From: Bacteroidota bacterium | GTDB lineage: Bacteria > Bacteroidota > Bacteroidia > Bacteroidales > CAJPTX01 | Reading direction: 5' to 3' | Assembly (NCBI GenBank): GCA_002748015.1 | Contig: PDRH01000025.1 | Location: 1-34,999 of the forward strand | Length of the DNA stretch: 34,999 nucleotides | Shown here: positions 25,069 through 34,518 of the stretch, piece after piece | Layout: the number at the start of each line of letters is the position of its first letter | How positions within the stretch are numbered: the first letter of the stretch is position 1 | Program-made: the position numbers and the translations under genes | The notes under the pieces: generated by a model | Database searches by the model: none | What the model saw: only the letters and a program-made list of their open reading frames with translations | Told to the model about the DNA's origin: nothing

Positions 25069-25952
25069 AGGGATGAACCGTATTGACCATCCCTCACCAT
25101 CACTGCAAGGGCCTGCTCCACCACAGGTCTATCGTCGGGATAGGTTACCCCACACCACTGCGCCGAAGAGGCTAAAACACGGCACGCGCCTACCCCCTGG
25201 GATATTCCAGAGTACACCGCGCTAGGGATGTAGCTCTCCCCCTTGAGCCCCGGGTCACCATCCCTAAAGAAGCTCTGCACGAAGCTATCAAGCGAGGTGA
25301 GGAAATCGGGCGTGAAGCCCCAGCAATTCATCGAGACGACAGTATCCTCTGCCAGCGACCGACCGCTATCGAGGTCAACAATCCCGTCCCCCTGGCGAAC
25401 GATCTTCGTATGCTCCTCTATGCCCTGGAGTAGCCCCTCGGCATCTGACGTACACACGCCCCGAGAGACATGCCCCGCTTCCGAAAGGGTTCGCCCTAGC
25501 TCGTAGCCCACCATGCACCACTCGCCTTCTTTACGCTCCCCATTGAGATATTCGCCAAGCGCGCGGAAGGCGTCCGCCCCGTAGAAGTCATCTGCATTAA
25601 TCACGGCGAAGGGCTGCGAGATGGCTTCACGGGCGCACCACACCGCATGGGCAGTTCCCCAGGGCTTTATACGCTCTGCTGATACTGAAAAGCCCTCGGG
25701 CACATCATGCAACTCCTGGTATACGAGCTTATAGTTCAGGTCCTCCGGGAAGCGCGACAGCACGTGCTCCCGGAAGTCGGCCTCTATATCGTGCCTTATG
25801 ACGAAGACGAACTCATCAAAGCCATTGCGCAGGGCATCATGCACGGAGTACTCCAGTAGCACCTCGCCATTCGGGCCTACGCCCGCCATCTGCTTCAAAC
25901 CGCCAAAGCGGGACCCCATGCCCGCCGCCAATACCAGTAAGCTTGCTCCCAT
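25062..25952 (-). CDS. Sugar-phosphate nucleotidyltransferase family protein
   Basis: 296 aa. The N-terminal LLVLAAGMGSRFGGLKQ is the G-x-G-x-R nucleotide-binding loop, followed by ...FAVINADDFYG.... It overlaps the downstream gene by 7 nt. Confidence 0.8.
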   Translation of the reverse strand: MGASLLVLAAGMGSRFGGLKQMAGVGPNGEVLLEYSVHDALRNGFDEFVFVIRHDIEADFREHVLSRFPEDLNYKLVYQELHDVPEGFSVSAERIKPWGTAHAVWCAREAISQPFAVINADDFYGADAFRALGEYLNGERKEGEWCMVGYELGRTLSEAGHVSRGVCTSDAEGLLQGIEEHTKIVRQGDGIVDLDSGRSLAEDTVVSMNCWGFTPDFLTSLDSFVQSFFRDGDPGLKGESYIPSAVYSGISQGVGACRVLASSAQWCGVTYPDDRPVVEQALAVMVRDGQYGSSLW

Positions 25953-26141
25953 AATTATACTGCTCTAGAGTGGTGGATAAACCGTAACGCCCCCCTACCA
26001 AACCCCACCATCCTCCCCAATTGGGAGCGCGAAGATATCTATTCCCTAGCGACTTTCCCAAATCAACTCCTCATGCGCAAACAACAGGCTATAGTACTTG
26101 TTAATAGGGTGTCTTAATTGGCAACCATAAGCTAGCCTATC

Positions 26142-26984
26142 ATGCGATACCGAAGCCACGCTCTATCCCCCTTCCGCCAGCTCCTAGTCCTGGGAATCTT
26201 CCTCCTGGGCGCCATCAGCCTAGCCGTATTTGCCCTAATCCTACTCCGGGCTATGGGCCTCTACGGGAGCGACTCGCCCGTGGTAAACCTCCTGATTCAG
26301 GCCTTCTATACCCTATGCATCTTCCTGGTCCCCGCCCTCCTGTGGGCCTACGTCGCCCGGAAGCAGGAGTACCGCCCCTTCTCCCTGGCGCTGCCCCCCT
26401 GGCCCATTGGTACTGTTGCCCTCCTGCTCCCCCTCCTGGCCATGCCCGCCGTGGAGCTACTAACGGATATCAACCACCTCATCCCCGCCAGCGACTGGTT
26501 GACCAGCCTAGAGGCCCGCGTAGAGCAATCTACCCTCAAGATGCTCTACATAGAGTCCCCGCAACGCTTCATACTCAACATCTGCGTTGTAGCACTTATC
26601 CCGGCCATCGCCGAGGAGTTCTTTTTCCGGGGCGCCCTGCAGCATATTCTAGTCCGCTTTATCCGTAGACCACACTACGCCATCTGGCTCACAGCGATAA
26701 TCTTCGCCCTGGTGCACATGCAGCTCCTGAGCCTCCTGCCCCGCATACTACTGGGAGCGGTGCTCGGCTACATCTACTACTACTCGCAGACGCTCGTTTC
26801 ATCCATAGCCTACCATTTTGCGAATAACCTGCTCGCCGTAGTAGCCTATTTCTACGCTGCGAAGAACGGGATAGCACCAGAAAGGCTACAGGAGATGTCG
26901 ATACACTGGATACTCGGACTGGTATCCCTCGCCGCTATTCTTGGCGCGATGTACCTGGTGCGAAAGGTTGCTCGCAGACGGTAG
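26142..26984 (+). CDS. CPBP-family intramembrane glutamic endopeptidase (CAAX protease-like)
   Basis: 280 aa, polytopic, with motifs EEFFFRGALQ, FALVH and YHFANN. Confidence 0.85.
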   Translation: MRYRSHALSPFRQLLVLGIFLLGAISLAVFALILLRAMGLYGSDSPVVNLLIQAFYTLCIFLVPALLWAYVARKQEYRPFSLALPPWPIGTVALLLPLLAMPAVELLTDINHLIPASDWLTSLEARVEQSTLKMLYIESPQRFILNICVVALIPAIAEEFFFRGALQHILVRFIRRPHYAIWLTAIIFALVHMQLLSLLPRILLGAVLGYIYYYSQTLVSSIAYHFANNLLAVVAYFYAAKNGIAPERLQEMSIHWILGLVSLAAILGAMYLVRKVARRR

Positions 26985-27203
26985 CATAGAGCCATCCCGC
27001 AGCAAGCTACCTAGGCAAAGTCTACCAAGCAAGTTTGCATTCTAAGTTAGCCCCATCGCTCTCAAATGGGCTGATCTTAGACCGCTTGCATGCGGGTAAA
27101 CCAGTAAATATTCTCTAGATTGACAATATCTAGCCAGTAAGCCACGGCGCAAGACATTTGCCAGGCCCACCTCCTTCGCCCGCAGTGCAAATAAGGAGGA
27201 GAT

Positions 27204-28490
27204 ATGCAGCTATCCAACCAAACTATCCAGTAGACGTCAGAGCAGCACCTTGCCCGCACACAGCCGATTCCCTACGCACCGATAGCCTTTGAACTGTTAG
27301 AGGGTGCTGTCCTCTACACGCACGATGGTCGGCGCTTCATTGACTTTCTGTCGAGTGCCTGCTCGGCCAACCTGCGGCATGGCAACTGCCAAATAGCAGA
27401 GGCTGTGGGCGCGCAGATGGGGCAACTTGCCCAGGATGCTGTCGCCTACTTTAATACGGCACCCGCCGTACTGCTGGCCGAAAGACTCTGCAACCTAGCC
27501 CTGGTGGCGAAGAGAACAAGGCCCTCCTGGGCAACTCGGGGGCAGCTGCAATCGACGGTGCGGCGAATCTGGCCAGGGGGTACACCGGGCTGGGCAAAAT
27601 TATCTCCATGGTGGGGGCATACGACGGTAGCACCTTCAGCGCAGTCCCCCTCTCAGCCCGAAGCCTCAACATACGAAGACGAATAGGAGCACTCATCCCT
27701 GAGGTATTTCACTCCACCTACCCGGATAGGCGCATAGCTGGGAAAGCTGCATCGCCGAGATGAAGCATGCCCTTGCCATGTACCTCGACCCGAAGGAGTT
27801 CACCACCATAGCGATAAAGCCAATCGCCGGAGACCAGGGGTTAGTTCCCCCCAAGTAGAGTGGGTCAGGGCGCTTCGCAAAATCGGTGACGAGCATGGCA
27901 TCCTGCTCATAAGCGACGAGAGCCAGATGGCACTCTGCCGAACGGGCTACAGGTTCGCCATGGAACGCTTCGGCGTGGAGGCCGACCTCTACGTACTGGG
28001 CTAATCGGTAGGCGGTGAACTTACCCTTGGGGTCATCCTGGGCAGAAGGGAAATCTTGGATAGCCTTGCTACGCCTGCACACGTGTTCACCCTATCCGCC
28101 TGCGCTTCAGTATGCGTAGCAACCCTGAAGAACCTAGAAATCCTCCAGCGCATAGACTGCAACAGGCTCTCGCGGAAAAAGGGGGGAATACCCCAAGAAG
28201 GGCTTAATGCGTCTACGTGAGCAACTCGACTTTACGGACGACGTACGCAGCTACAGGCTTTGCATAGGGGGTGATACCATCAACCCGACTAACGACGCTA
28301 GACCCGATAGGCACTGCGAAAATCTGCTATACCTGCCTCCAACGAGGGGTGCTACTCATCTTCCTCAACGGCTCTACCCTACGAGTACCCCCCCCTGGTG
28401 GTAGAGTTTGCGGAGATGGACGAAGCCCTGGGGGCGATAGGGGGGCTATGGCCGACCTTGCAGGGGGGAGAATTGGCAACGAGGTGCTAG
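27204..28490 (+). pseudogene. Class-III PLP-dependent aminotransferase, heavily decayed
   Basis: After AAGGAGGA, ATG 27204 reads MQLSNQTIQ*... Recognisable homologous segments then occur in three alternating frames: DGRRFIDFLSSACSANLRHGNCQIAEAV; NSGAAAIDGAANLARGYTG..KIISMVGAYDGSTF; IKPIAGDQGLVPPK*EWVRALRKIGDEHGILLISDESQMALCRTGYRFAMERFGVEADLYVLG*SVGG; LRVPPP; PLVVEFAEMDEAL. There are at least 3 in-frame stops and at least 5 frame changes. Confidence 0.8.
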
Positions 28491-28621
28491 AGGAGATGCA
28501 GGTTGGGTGATCCGAGCAGGAGCAACCCTGCGCCACGTACAAGAAAAGAGAATTACAACAAAGCAACCGCAGGTGAATCGCCTACCTAGGGAAAGGTTGC
28601 AAATCTAGTCAGCCAAGCCCG

Positions 28622-29260
28622 CTAGATCATGCAGCTCACCCCGACGCTAAGCACCGGTTTGGCCAGTATAATGAGGAAGGTAGGTGATATCTCGACGTTT
28701 ATCCCCCAGTGCTCATTGAACATGTAACGGAAGCCACCGTAGAGATCCCCAGTCGGGAAGATGCCGCTATCCCAGAGGTCATTGGGCCAGAAGAGCATCG
28801 CTCCCAAGACCAGGCCACAATACACCGTTGCCTTCCGAGCCACCTCACCATGTAGGGAAAGCCTGACACCAAGGCTGCCGAAGAGGGGATTAACGCCAAG
28901 GTAGGGGCCAAGGCCAAACGTCCAGTTCTTCTTGCGTCCAAAGGCTACAACCCCGCAGTCGTAGCTCAGGGCCACCTGACCCGTAAGGAACTTAAGCCCT
29001 ATATTCGCACCGAGCAAATGGCTACCCTTCCCGAAGTGGCCATCGCCCATCGCCATGCCCGGAGCTACTTGCGCCTGGGGGATGGTCTCCTCCTCCTTCG
29101 TGGCGGGAATCGCCTTTGCCTTCCCACGGGCTGCAGGAGCACCAGCCTCCTTCACCGTACGATGAGGGGCAGCCTTCCGCCGGGCCGCCTGGGCGGTGGG
29201 CGACACCACCAGCAAGACCAAGCTACAGATAAGAGCCTTCAGGAGCTTATTCATAACCAT
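28622..29260 (-). CDS. Hypothetical secreted protein, possibly a small outer-membrane beta-barrel
   Basis: 212 aa. Signal peptide MVMNKLLKALICSLVLLVVSPTAQA, then a basic/Ala-rich linker, then Gly/aromatic alternating segments (GLKFLTGQVALSYDCGVVAF...WTFGLGPYLGV...LYGGFRYMF). Confidence 0.5.
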   Translation of the reverse strand: MVMNKLLKALICSLVLLVVSPTAQAARRKAAPHRTVKEAGAPAARGKAKAIPATKEEETIPQAQVAPGMAMGDGHFGKGSHLLGANIGLKFLTGQVALSYDCGVVAFGRKKNWTFGLGPYLGVNPLFGSLGVRLSLHGEVARKATVYCGLVLGAMLFWPNDLWDSGIFPTGDLYGGFRYMFNEHWGINVEISPTFLIILAKPVLSVGVSCMI

Positions 29261-29391
29261 ACCCTTTCATTCAGCTTCATTTCGCAGAGTAATCCACCCC
29301 AAAGATGGCGAAATTCCCCCAGAAGAGCAAGACGCAGCATGCGAACGTTCATAGCCCTCCAGATACGCTAGTGCTATTGCGCGGCAACGAT

Positions 29392-29421
29392 CCGTCGGCA
29401 TAGCGGCTCGCCGCATGCCTA
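29392..29421. repeat. 30-nt hairpin repeat, copy A (inverted relative to copy B)
   Basis: CCGTCGGCATAGCGGCTCGCCGCATGCCTA. Its reverse complement matches 34519-34548 at 28 of 30 positions. Confidence 0.75.
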
Positions 29422-29450
29422 AACAGCCAAACGGCGCCATGCTTTCACAC

Positions 29451-29479
29451 AAAAAATGCCAGGCTTATGCCTGGCATTT
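29451..29479 (-). terminator. Intrinsic terminator after the lipoprotein triplet
   Basis: The minus strand reads AAATGCCAGGC-ATAA-GCCTGGCATTTTTTGTG, a GC-rich 8-11-bp stem plus a T6 run, 17 nt downstream of the stop at 29496. Confidence 0.75.
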
Positions 29480-29495
29480 CATCCTTGGGAAATCC

Positions 29496-29990
29496 TCAAG
29501 GACTATCCGGTATGACATACACCCTTTCGAGCGTCCAAACGGTCTCGTAGTCGTCCTGCCAACCGCTATAAGTATCCATACCGCTAGCCCTATCGGCCAC
29601 CTGCCGGGCCTGATAGTCATTGACCAAGAGCAAATACTCAGCGCTACGCTCTATCCGCCCCATCGCCACCCAAACATCTCTATTGCCCTGGTCAGCCGCT
29701 CGTAGCATCAGCACATTGCGCTCTATCTTGGCTTTCTCCTCATGCACCACCCAACCGAGCGCCATGTACGAATGCTCACGGAGGTAACCATCCCTGAACT
29801 CAAGGTAGGGCACATGCGGTATATGCTCTGCGGGCGAAGCGCTCGTCCGCACGTGGCTCACCACCCGCCAGTAGCCCGACAGCTCCGACAGGTCGGTTGA
29901 CCAACCATCCCCCGACTTCTGACACCCCGAGAGACCTACCGAAAGTAGCCCCAGAAGGGCCAGAGACACATACCGCGCTACACCGCTCAT
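29496..29990 (-). CDS. Lipoprotein, paralog A of a tandem triplet
   Basis: Track ORF 29496..29999 starts at a TTG; ATG 29990 gives MSGVARYVSLALLGLLSVGLSGC|QKS (lipobox). It shares G-x-W-x-V, LG/MG-x-(V/I)E and W-x-LE-x-V-x-IP segments with the two upstream genes. Confidence 0.6.
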   Translation of the reverse strand: MSGVARYVSLALLGLLSVGLSGCQKSGDGWSTDLSELSGYWRVVSHVRTSASPAEHIPHVPYLEFRDGYLREHSYMALGWVVHEEKAKIERNVLMLRAADQGNRDVWVAMGRIERSAEYLLLVNDYQARQVADRASGMDTYSGWQDDYETVWTLERVYVIPDSP

Positions 29991-30003
29991 ACCATACAAT
30001 CAG

Positions 30004-30528
30004 CTAGTTCAATAGCTTGCTGGGAATCTCGTCCACCTTCTCAAGCTCCCAAACCTGCTCGAAGTCCTTACCGGCCTCCTGGGCCGCTTCCTCCGACTCC
30101 TGACTACCCTCTAGCCCATTGGCCTTCCGGGCCACAGCCCGCGCATGCGCATCCACCGTCAGCTTACGCTTACCCACACCCGCACGCTCCACGCTCCCGA
30201 GGGGCATCCACGGCGAGAGCTTACCGAGCTTCTCTGAGCGATAGAGTAGCACCCCGTCCTTCACGTCGGCATCAAAGGTGGGCTTCGCCCAGGCTACCCC
30301 CATGGTATGGTACATGGTCATCGTCTCATCATCCAGCACGATGTACTTCACCGTGCTGGCATCAACACTCCCTATAGGACTAGTCCGCGTGCACTTCTTC
30401 ACCTCCCACTTGCCCTGCATCTTTGCCAGGGTTATCGCCTTCTCCACCTCGTCCTTATCGCAGGCCGTAAAGCCCAACACCAGCAGGCTCAGGGCCACTA
30501 GCGAAAGACCCCTTACTATTCTCTTCAT
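30004..30528 (-). CDS. Lipoprotein, paralog B
   Basis: Track ORF 30004..30546 starts at a TTG; ATG 30528 gives MKRIVRGLSLVALSLLVLGFTAC|DKDE. Also ...QGKWEVKK...PLGSVERAG...QVWELEKVDEIPSKL. Confidence 0.6.
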   Translation of the reverse strand: MKRIVRGLSLVALSLLVLGFTACDKDEVEKAITLAKMQGKWEVKKCTRTSPIGSVDASTVKYIVLDDETMTMYHTMGVAWAKPTFDADVKDGVLLYRSEKLGKLSPWMPLGSVERAGVGKRKLTVDAHARAVARKANGLEGSQESEEAAQEAGKDFEQVWELEKVDEIPSKLLN

Positions 30529-30590
30529 CCTTATTCTCCTCACCAATTTAAACGGTAAAAAACGGGGCTACCGAAGCAGCCCCGCCAATC

Positions 30591-31139
30591 CTACTCCTCC
30601 TCCGACTCAGCCTTCTTCTCCGGCTTCTCGGGTATGGTAGCTTTCACAAGGTAGAACTTCGTGTTCACGAAGAAATCGAGCAGGCCCTGACCAGCCTCCT
30701 TGTATTCATTCCCCTCCGTCTCCTTCGTTATACCATTCTTCTGCGAAACCTTCTCCAGCACCTTCGAGTCCACCGTAACCAACAGCTTCTCCCCCTCTAC
30801 GGCCACGTGGCCCAGCGCCACCCAGGGAGCCTTATCCGTATTCAGCTTGTAGAATACCATGTCGCCATCTATCTCTATCGTGGCGTTTGCAATGCTCCAC
30901 ACACCCATCATCGAAGGCCGGTACAGCATGAGCTTATTGCCATCGATCTTGTAGTAATCGTAGAGCTCGTAGTTCTTGAGGGTTTCCATCTTGCTGCCCT
31001 CCGGTAGCATCTTCTGCCACTCGCCCTGTATCTCGCTCTCGCTAATGGTCGCCCCATCATCATCCTTCGAGCAGCTCGCAAACCCAACCAGCAGCACTCC
31101 CGCCACCAGCAGCATCATCCATTTATTCAATCCCTTCAT
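30591..31139 (-). CDS. Lipoprotein, paralog C
   Basis: Track ORF 30591..31169 starts at a GTG; ATG 31139 gives MKGLNKWMMLLVAGVLLVGFASC|SKDDD. Also ...QGEWQKM...ALGHVAVEGEKLLV...FYLVKATIPEKPE. Confidence 0.6.
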   Translation of the reverse strand: MKGLNKWMMLLVAGVLLVGFASCSKDDDGATISESEIQGEWQKMLPEGSKMETLKNYELYDYYKIDGNKLMLYRPSMMGVWSIANATIEIDGDMVFYKLNTDKAPWVALGHVAVEGEKLLVTVDSKVLEKVSQKNGITKETEGNEYKEAGQGLLDFFVNTKFYLVKATIPEKPEKKAESEEE

Positions 31140-31174
31140 AGTATGTCCTTTCTTTCTTTTGTTAGACACTTACC

Positions 31175-31903
31175 CTATGCGCACTTCGCGCTATCATCAT
31201 CCATAATCCGCAGGCGCATTCTGACCTTCTGGCGGTCAATGGAGGCCTGCCCCTCCAGCCTTCGTAGCACCTGCGCCGTGAGGTAGACCTCAAGCCCCCC
31301 CTGCCGCCCAATGCGCTCCCACTCCTCGCGCTCGCCGCTCCAGAAGCGGGAATGCACATCCCTCCCCTCCATCCAGGCGTAGGGGAGATCTATCCCCAGC
31401 GTCAGCGCCAGCAGCTCCAGCCCCACGTAGCTCCGCCGCCCAGCCCCATGCCGCCAGAGTTCCAGCGTGTCGAGGTGCGGGAGTGCCCAGGGCTTCATCC
31501 CCGCAATATTCATCACGGGGGGAATTGCAAGGCCATTGGCCACCAAGCGCTTGGCGAGGTAGGGAAAATCGAAGGACTTACCGTTGTGCGAGCAGATGCG
31601 CAACCCGCTCTTCGCCTTGCTAAGGCTATCTACCACCCGGAGAAACTCCCCGAGAATCGCCACCTCATCCCCCACCCAAGAGCTAATGCGGAACTCCTCC
31701 TGCACCCCATCCCCAAGATGGTAGCCAAGCGACATACCCACTATTCGTCCAAACTCGGCGTAGAGCGCAGAGCGGTCATAGGCAACCTCCTCCTCCCGCC
31801 AGGCATTCCAATCGCCCCAAAGGCGCTGGTAGTCCAGGGAGGCCTCCTCCAGCGACCTATGGCGGCCAGCCGTTGCAAGCTCTAGGTAGAGTACATCTCT
31901 CAA
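31175..31903 (-). CDS. RNase-H-fold 3'-5' exonuclease, PolB-exonuclease-like
   Basis: 242 aa with a TTG start. ...ICSHNGKSFDFPYLAKRL... is Exo II-like and ...LPYAWMEGRDVHSRFWSG... is Exo III-like. The N-terminal VLYLELAT occupies the position of the usual (F/L)DIET Exo I motif. Confidence 0.65.
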   Translation of the reverse strand: MRDVLYLELATAGRHRSLEEASLDYQRLWGDWNAWREEEVAYDRSALYAEFGRIVGMSLGYHLGDGVQEEFRISSWVGDEVAILGEFLRVVDSLSKAKSGLRICSHNGKSFDFPYLAKRLVANGLAIPPVMNIAGMKPWALPHLDTLELWRHGAGRRSYVGLELLALTLGIDLPYAWMEGRDVHSRFWSGEREEWERIGRQGGLEVYLTAQVLRRLEGQASIDRQKVRMRLRIMDDDSAKCA

Positions 31904-31938
31904 GGTATTATCATCTTTAGGGTATGAGCTACCTACAG

Positions 31939-32583
31939 CTAGGGGGCCAAGCGCTCAAGCTGCCACTCGCCATTGAAGAGCGTATACTGCAACCTATCGT
32001 GGAGGCGGCTCGGACGCCCCTGCCAGAACTCCACCACCTCGGGGGCCAGGCAGTAGCCCCCCCAGTTCGTCGGGCGCGGAATCTCCTGGCCGTTGTACTC
32101 CTCCTGGAAGTCCGACTGCAGGGTATCGAGGTACTTACGGCTTGGTATCACCTGGCTCTGCGGACTCGCCCACGCCCCCAGGCGGCTCTGCGGATCGCGC
32201 TGTGCAAAGTACCTATCATTCTGGGCATCATCCAGACGCTGCGCCTGCCCCTCAACGCGCACCTGCCGCTCCAGCGCGGGCCAGTAGAACACCGCCGAAG
32301 CGTAGGGATTCTGCAGCAGCTGACCGCCCTTCTTGCTCTCGTAGTTCGTGAAGAAGTACAGCCCCCGGGCGTCCAGGCGCTTAATCAGCACGATACGCGC
32401 GCTGACCCGACCCTGAAAGGTACTCGTGGACAGGCACATAGCCGTCGGAGAAACCTCCGGTAGGGCGATCGCCTTGCGCAGCCAATCGGACAGCTGCTCC
32501 AGAGGATGGGCCTTCACCTCACCCTCCGATAGCGAACCGCTACCGAACTCTACCGGAACACTCGTGTAGTCTTCACCCCGCAT
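31939..32583 (-). CDS. pdxH: Pyridoxamine 5'-phosphate oxidase
   Basis: 214 aa. ...RIVLIKRLDARGLYFFTNYESKKGGQL...AVFYWPALERQVRVEG...FWQGRPSRLHDRLQY... with the typical ...ERLAP C-terminus. Confidence 0.92.
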   Translation of the reverse strand: MRGEDYTSVPVEFGSGSLSEGEVKAHPLEQLSDWLRKAIALPEVSPTAMCLSTSTFQGRVSARIVLIKRLDARGLYFFTNYESKKGGQLLQNPYASAVFYWPALERQVRVEGQAQRLDDAQNDRYFAQRDPQSRLGAWASPQSQVIPSRKYLDTLQSDFQEEYNGQEIPRPTNWGGYCLAPEVVEFWQGRPSRLHDRLQYTLFNGEWQLERLAP

Positions 32584-32647
32584 GGCAACACCTCCCGTAA
32601 CATTACTAAGATAAACAGTGCGAAGGTAAAAAATAATCCCTAAAGTA

Positions 32648-34468
32648 TCAAATCCTAAAGTGGCTTATGATGTCCTTAAGACGCTCGCCAGAGGCGGTCA
32701 GCTCCTGGCTGGTGGACGCTAGCTCCTGGCTGGTGGACGCATTCTGCTGCGAGATACTATTGAGCTGGACAATGGCGCTATTCACCTGCTCCACCCCGCT
32801 CTTCTGCTCCGTGCTGGCCGCCCGGATCTCGCTCACCAGCGCCGACGTCCGTTCTATCTCTGGGACGATCGCCTCCAGGCTGCGACCAGCATCCATCGAG
32901 AGCGAGGTCGTGCGCGCCGAAAGCTCCAGAATCTCCACGGCGGCCTCCTGGCTACGCTCGGCCAGCTTACGAACCTCCGCCGCCACCACCGCAAAACCAC
33001 GACCATGCTCACCAGCCCGCGCCGCCTCCACCGCCGCGTTCAACGCCAGAATATTCGTCTGCGCGGCAATCTCGCTGATGATGGCAATCTTCTCGTTAAT
33101 CAGCCGCGTCGAATCCACCGCCCCCACCGCCTGCGAACTGACCAAACGTACCTCCTGGGTCGCACGATCAGACTTGGCCTCGGTCACCCGCGCATTCTCC
33201 TCATTCTGCTCCACGTTGGCCACAATCTCCCCCATCGTCGAGCCAATCTGCTCGGCCGACACCGCCTGCTGCCGCGCCCCCGCAGACATCTGCAGCGAGG
33301 TGCTATTCATCCGCAGACTCGCCTCCAGCAGGCTGTCCGCATTGCCGCTTATCTCGTTGACGATGCCCCGCAGCTGCTCCACCATAGTCCCCAGGGAAGC
33401 CGACAGGAGGCCTATCTCATCCTCCCGCTCTATCCTAACATCCACCTCGCCGTCCAGCCGCCCTTCAGCCACCAGCCGCAGTGCCCCCGACACCCGCCGT
33501 AGCGGCACCGAAATCCGCCGAGAAGCGTACCACACCAGGAACAATGTCGCCAAGAAAATCGCCAATCCAAAGCCTACCATCAGCAGCCGAGCCTCATTGA
33601 TACGCCCGGTGAACTCATCCACCGGCGCCTGTAGCCCTAGCCCCCAGCCCGTCAGCGGCATATTCGCATAGCCCGTCCCGAAGTCCCGACCATCCCACTT
33701 GAACACGCTATAGCCTTCAGCCCCCGGCTCCAGCATCATACGCTCCACCGCGGCCACCTTACGGAACACCGGATCGGTCTTCGCCACCTCCGCCGAATTC
33801 CAACGCTCCGTCACAAAATGATAATCCGCCTCCAGGCTCTCCGCTATAACATTCCCCGACCGACCAATGATGAAGCTATGCCCTGTTTTCCCCGCCCCTA
33901 TATCTGCAATCTTCTCGCTGAGCCAATGGGCATCCACGCACACATTAATCGCCCCGACTATCACCCCGTCCTGCTTCAGCGGCGCGCTGAAGGCCACTAT
34001 CAAATTCTCCGTCAGGACATCATCGAAGGGCTCCGAGGCCAGCCGCTCACCCGCCATGGCCACCTTCCACCACTCCTGGTGCGCACAGGGAAACGTTCCC
34101 CCATCATGCAGGTATCCATTCCCCTCCGTATCGGCCAGGCTGATATATACCAGCCTGTCCGACTGGTAGATCGCATACAGACGGTCTATCCGCTCACCCC
34201 AGCTCAGGCTATCGTTGTACAGGAACGGCATGTTGCTCATACCCTCAATCACCTCGAAAAGCCCCAGCACCCGCACCTCCACCAGCTTCGCCGCAATCGC
34301 CGCCTTATCCGACAGCTCATTGCGCACCTGCTCGTGCACCGAAACGCGCGCCGAGCGAACCGCCAGCGAAGTCATCACAATCAGCGAAAGCGAGAGTAGA
34401 CCACCGAACACCAGCATCAACCGTAGCCCCACGGACCGTATTGACAGCCCCCTTCTTCGTAGCTCCAT
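32648..34468 (-). CDS. Methyl-accepting chemotaxis protein (TM1, dCache-like periplasmic domain, TM2, HAMP, MCP signalling domain)
   Basis: Track ORF 32648..34582. The start is placed at ATG 34468 ([37 protein letters not shown]) because the extra 38 aa are encoded by the hairpin repeat. HAMP: [21 protein letters not shown]...[18 protein letters not shown]. Signalling hairpin tip: [41 protein letters not shown]. Confidence 0.85.
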   Translation of the reverse strand: MELRRRGLSIRSVGLRLMLVFGGLLSLSLIVMTSLAVRSARVSVHEQVRNELSDKAAIAAKLVEVRVLGLFEVIEGMSNMPFLYNDSLSWGERIDRLYAIYQSDRLVYISLADTEGNGYLHDGGTFPCAHQEWWKVAMAGERLASEPFDDVLTENLIVAFSAPLKQDGVIVGAINVCVDAHWLSEKIADIGAGKTGHSFIIGRSGNVIAESLEADYHFVTERWNSAEVAKTDPVFRKVAAVERMMLEPGAEGYSVFKWDGRDFGTGYANMPLTGWGLGLQAPVDEFTGRINEARLLMVGFGLAIFLATLFLVWYASRRISVPLRRVSGALRLVAEGRLDGEVDVRIEREDEIGLLSASLGTMVEQLRGIVNEISGNADSLLEASLRMNSTSLQMSAGARQQAVSAEQIGSTMGEIVANVEQNEENARVTEAKSDRATQEVRLVSSQAVGAVDSTRLINEKIAIISEIAAQTNILALNAAVEAARAGEHGRGFAVVAAEVRKLAERSQEAAVEILELSARTTSLSMDAGRSLEAIVPEIERTSALVSEIRAASTEQKSGVEQVNSAIVQLNSISQQNASTSQELASTSQELTASGERLKDIISHFRI

Positions 34469-34518
34469 CAGCAAGAACTTTATTGTACCCCTATTCGGCT
34501 TATCGCTACTCGCTACTC

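Noticed and set aside
27100-27130. A short inverted repeat CTAGAT...ATCTAG upstream of the aminotransferase pseudogene
   Set aside because: The arms are only 6 bp and the repeat sits in AT-rich DNA, so it is within chance expectation.
27693-28082. A 129-aa minus-strand ORF, plus + strand ORFs 27405..27686, 28207..28404 and 28271..28510
   Set aside because: All lie inside the decayed aminotransferase. The + strand ORFs are frame fragments of the pseudogene and the minus-strand ORF is its antisense shadow.
32667-33671. A 334-aa ORF on the + strand, with others at 33005..33502, 33818..34399 and 34215..34634
   Set aside because: These are antisense to the MCP gene. They are Ser/Ala/Arg-rich and low in complexity. 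The MCP frame carries the invariant signalling-tip motif, so the minus frame is the real one.
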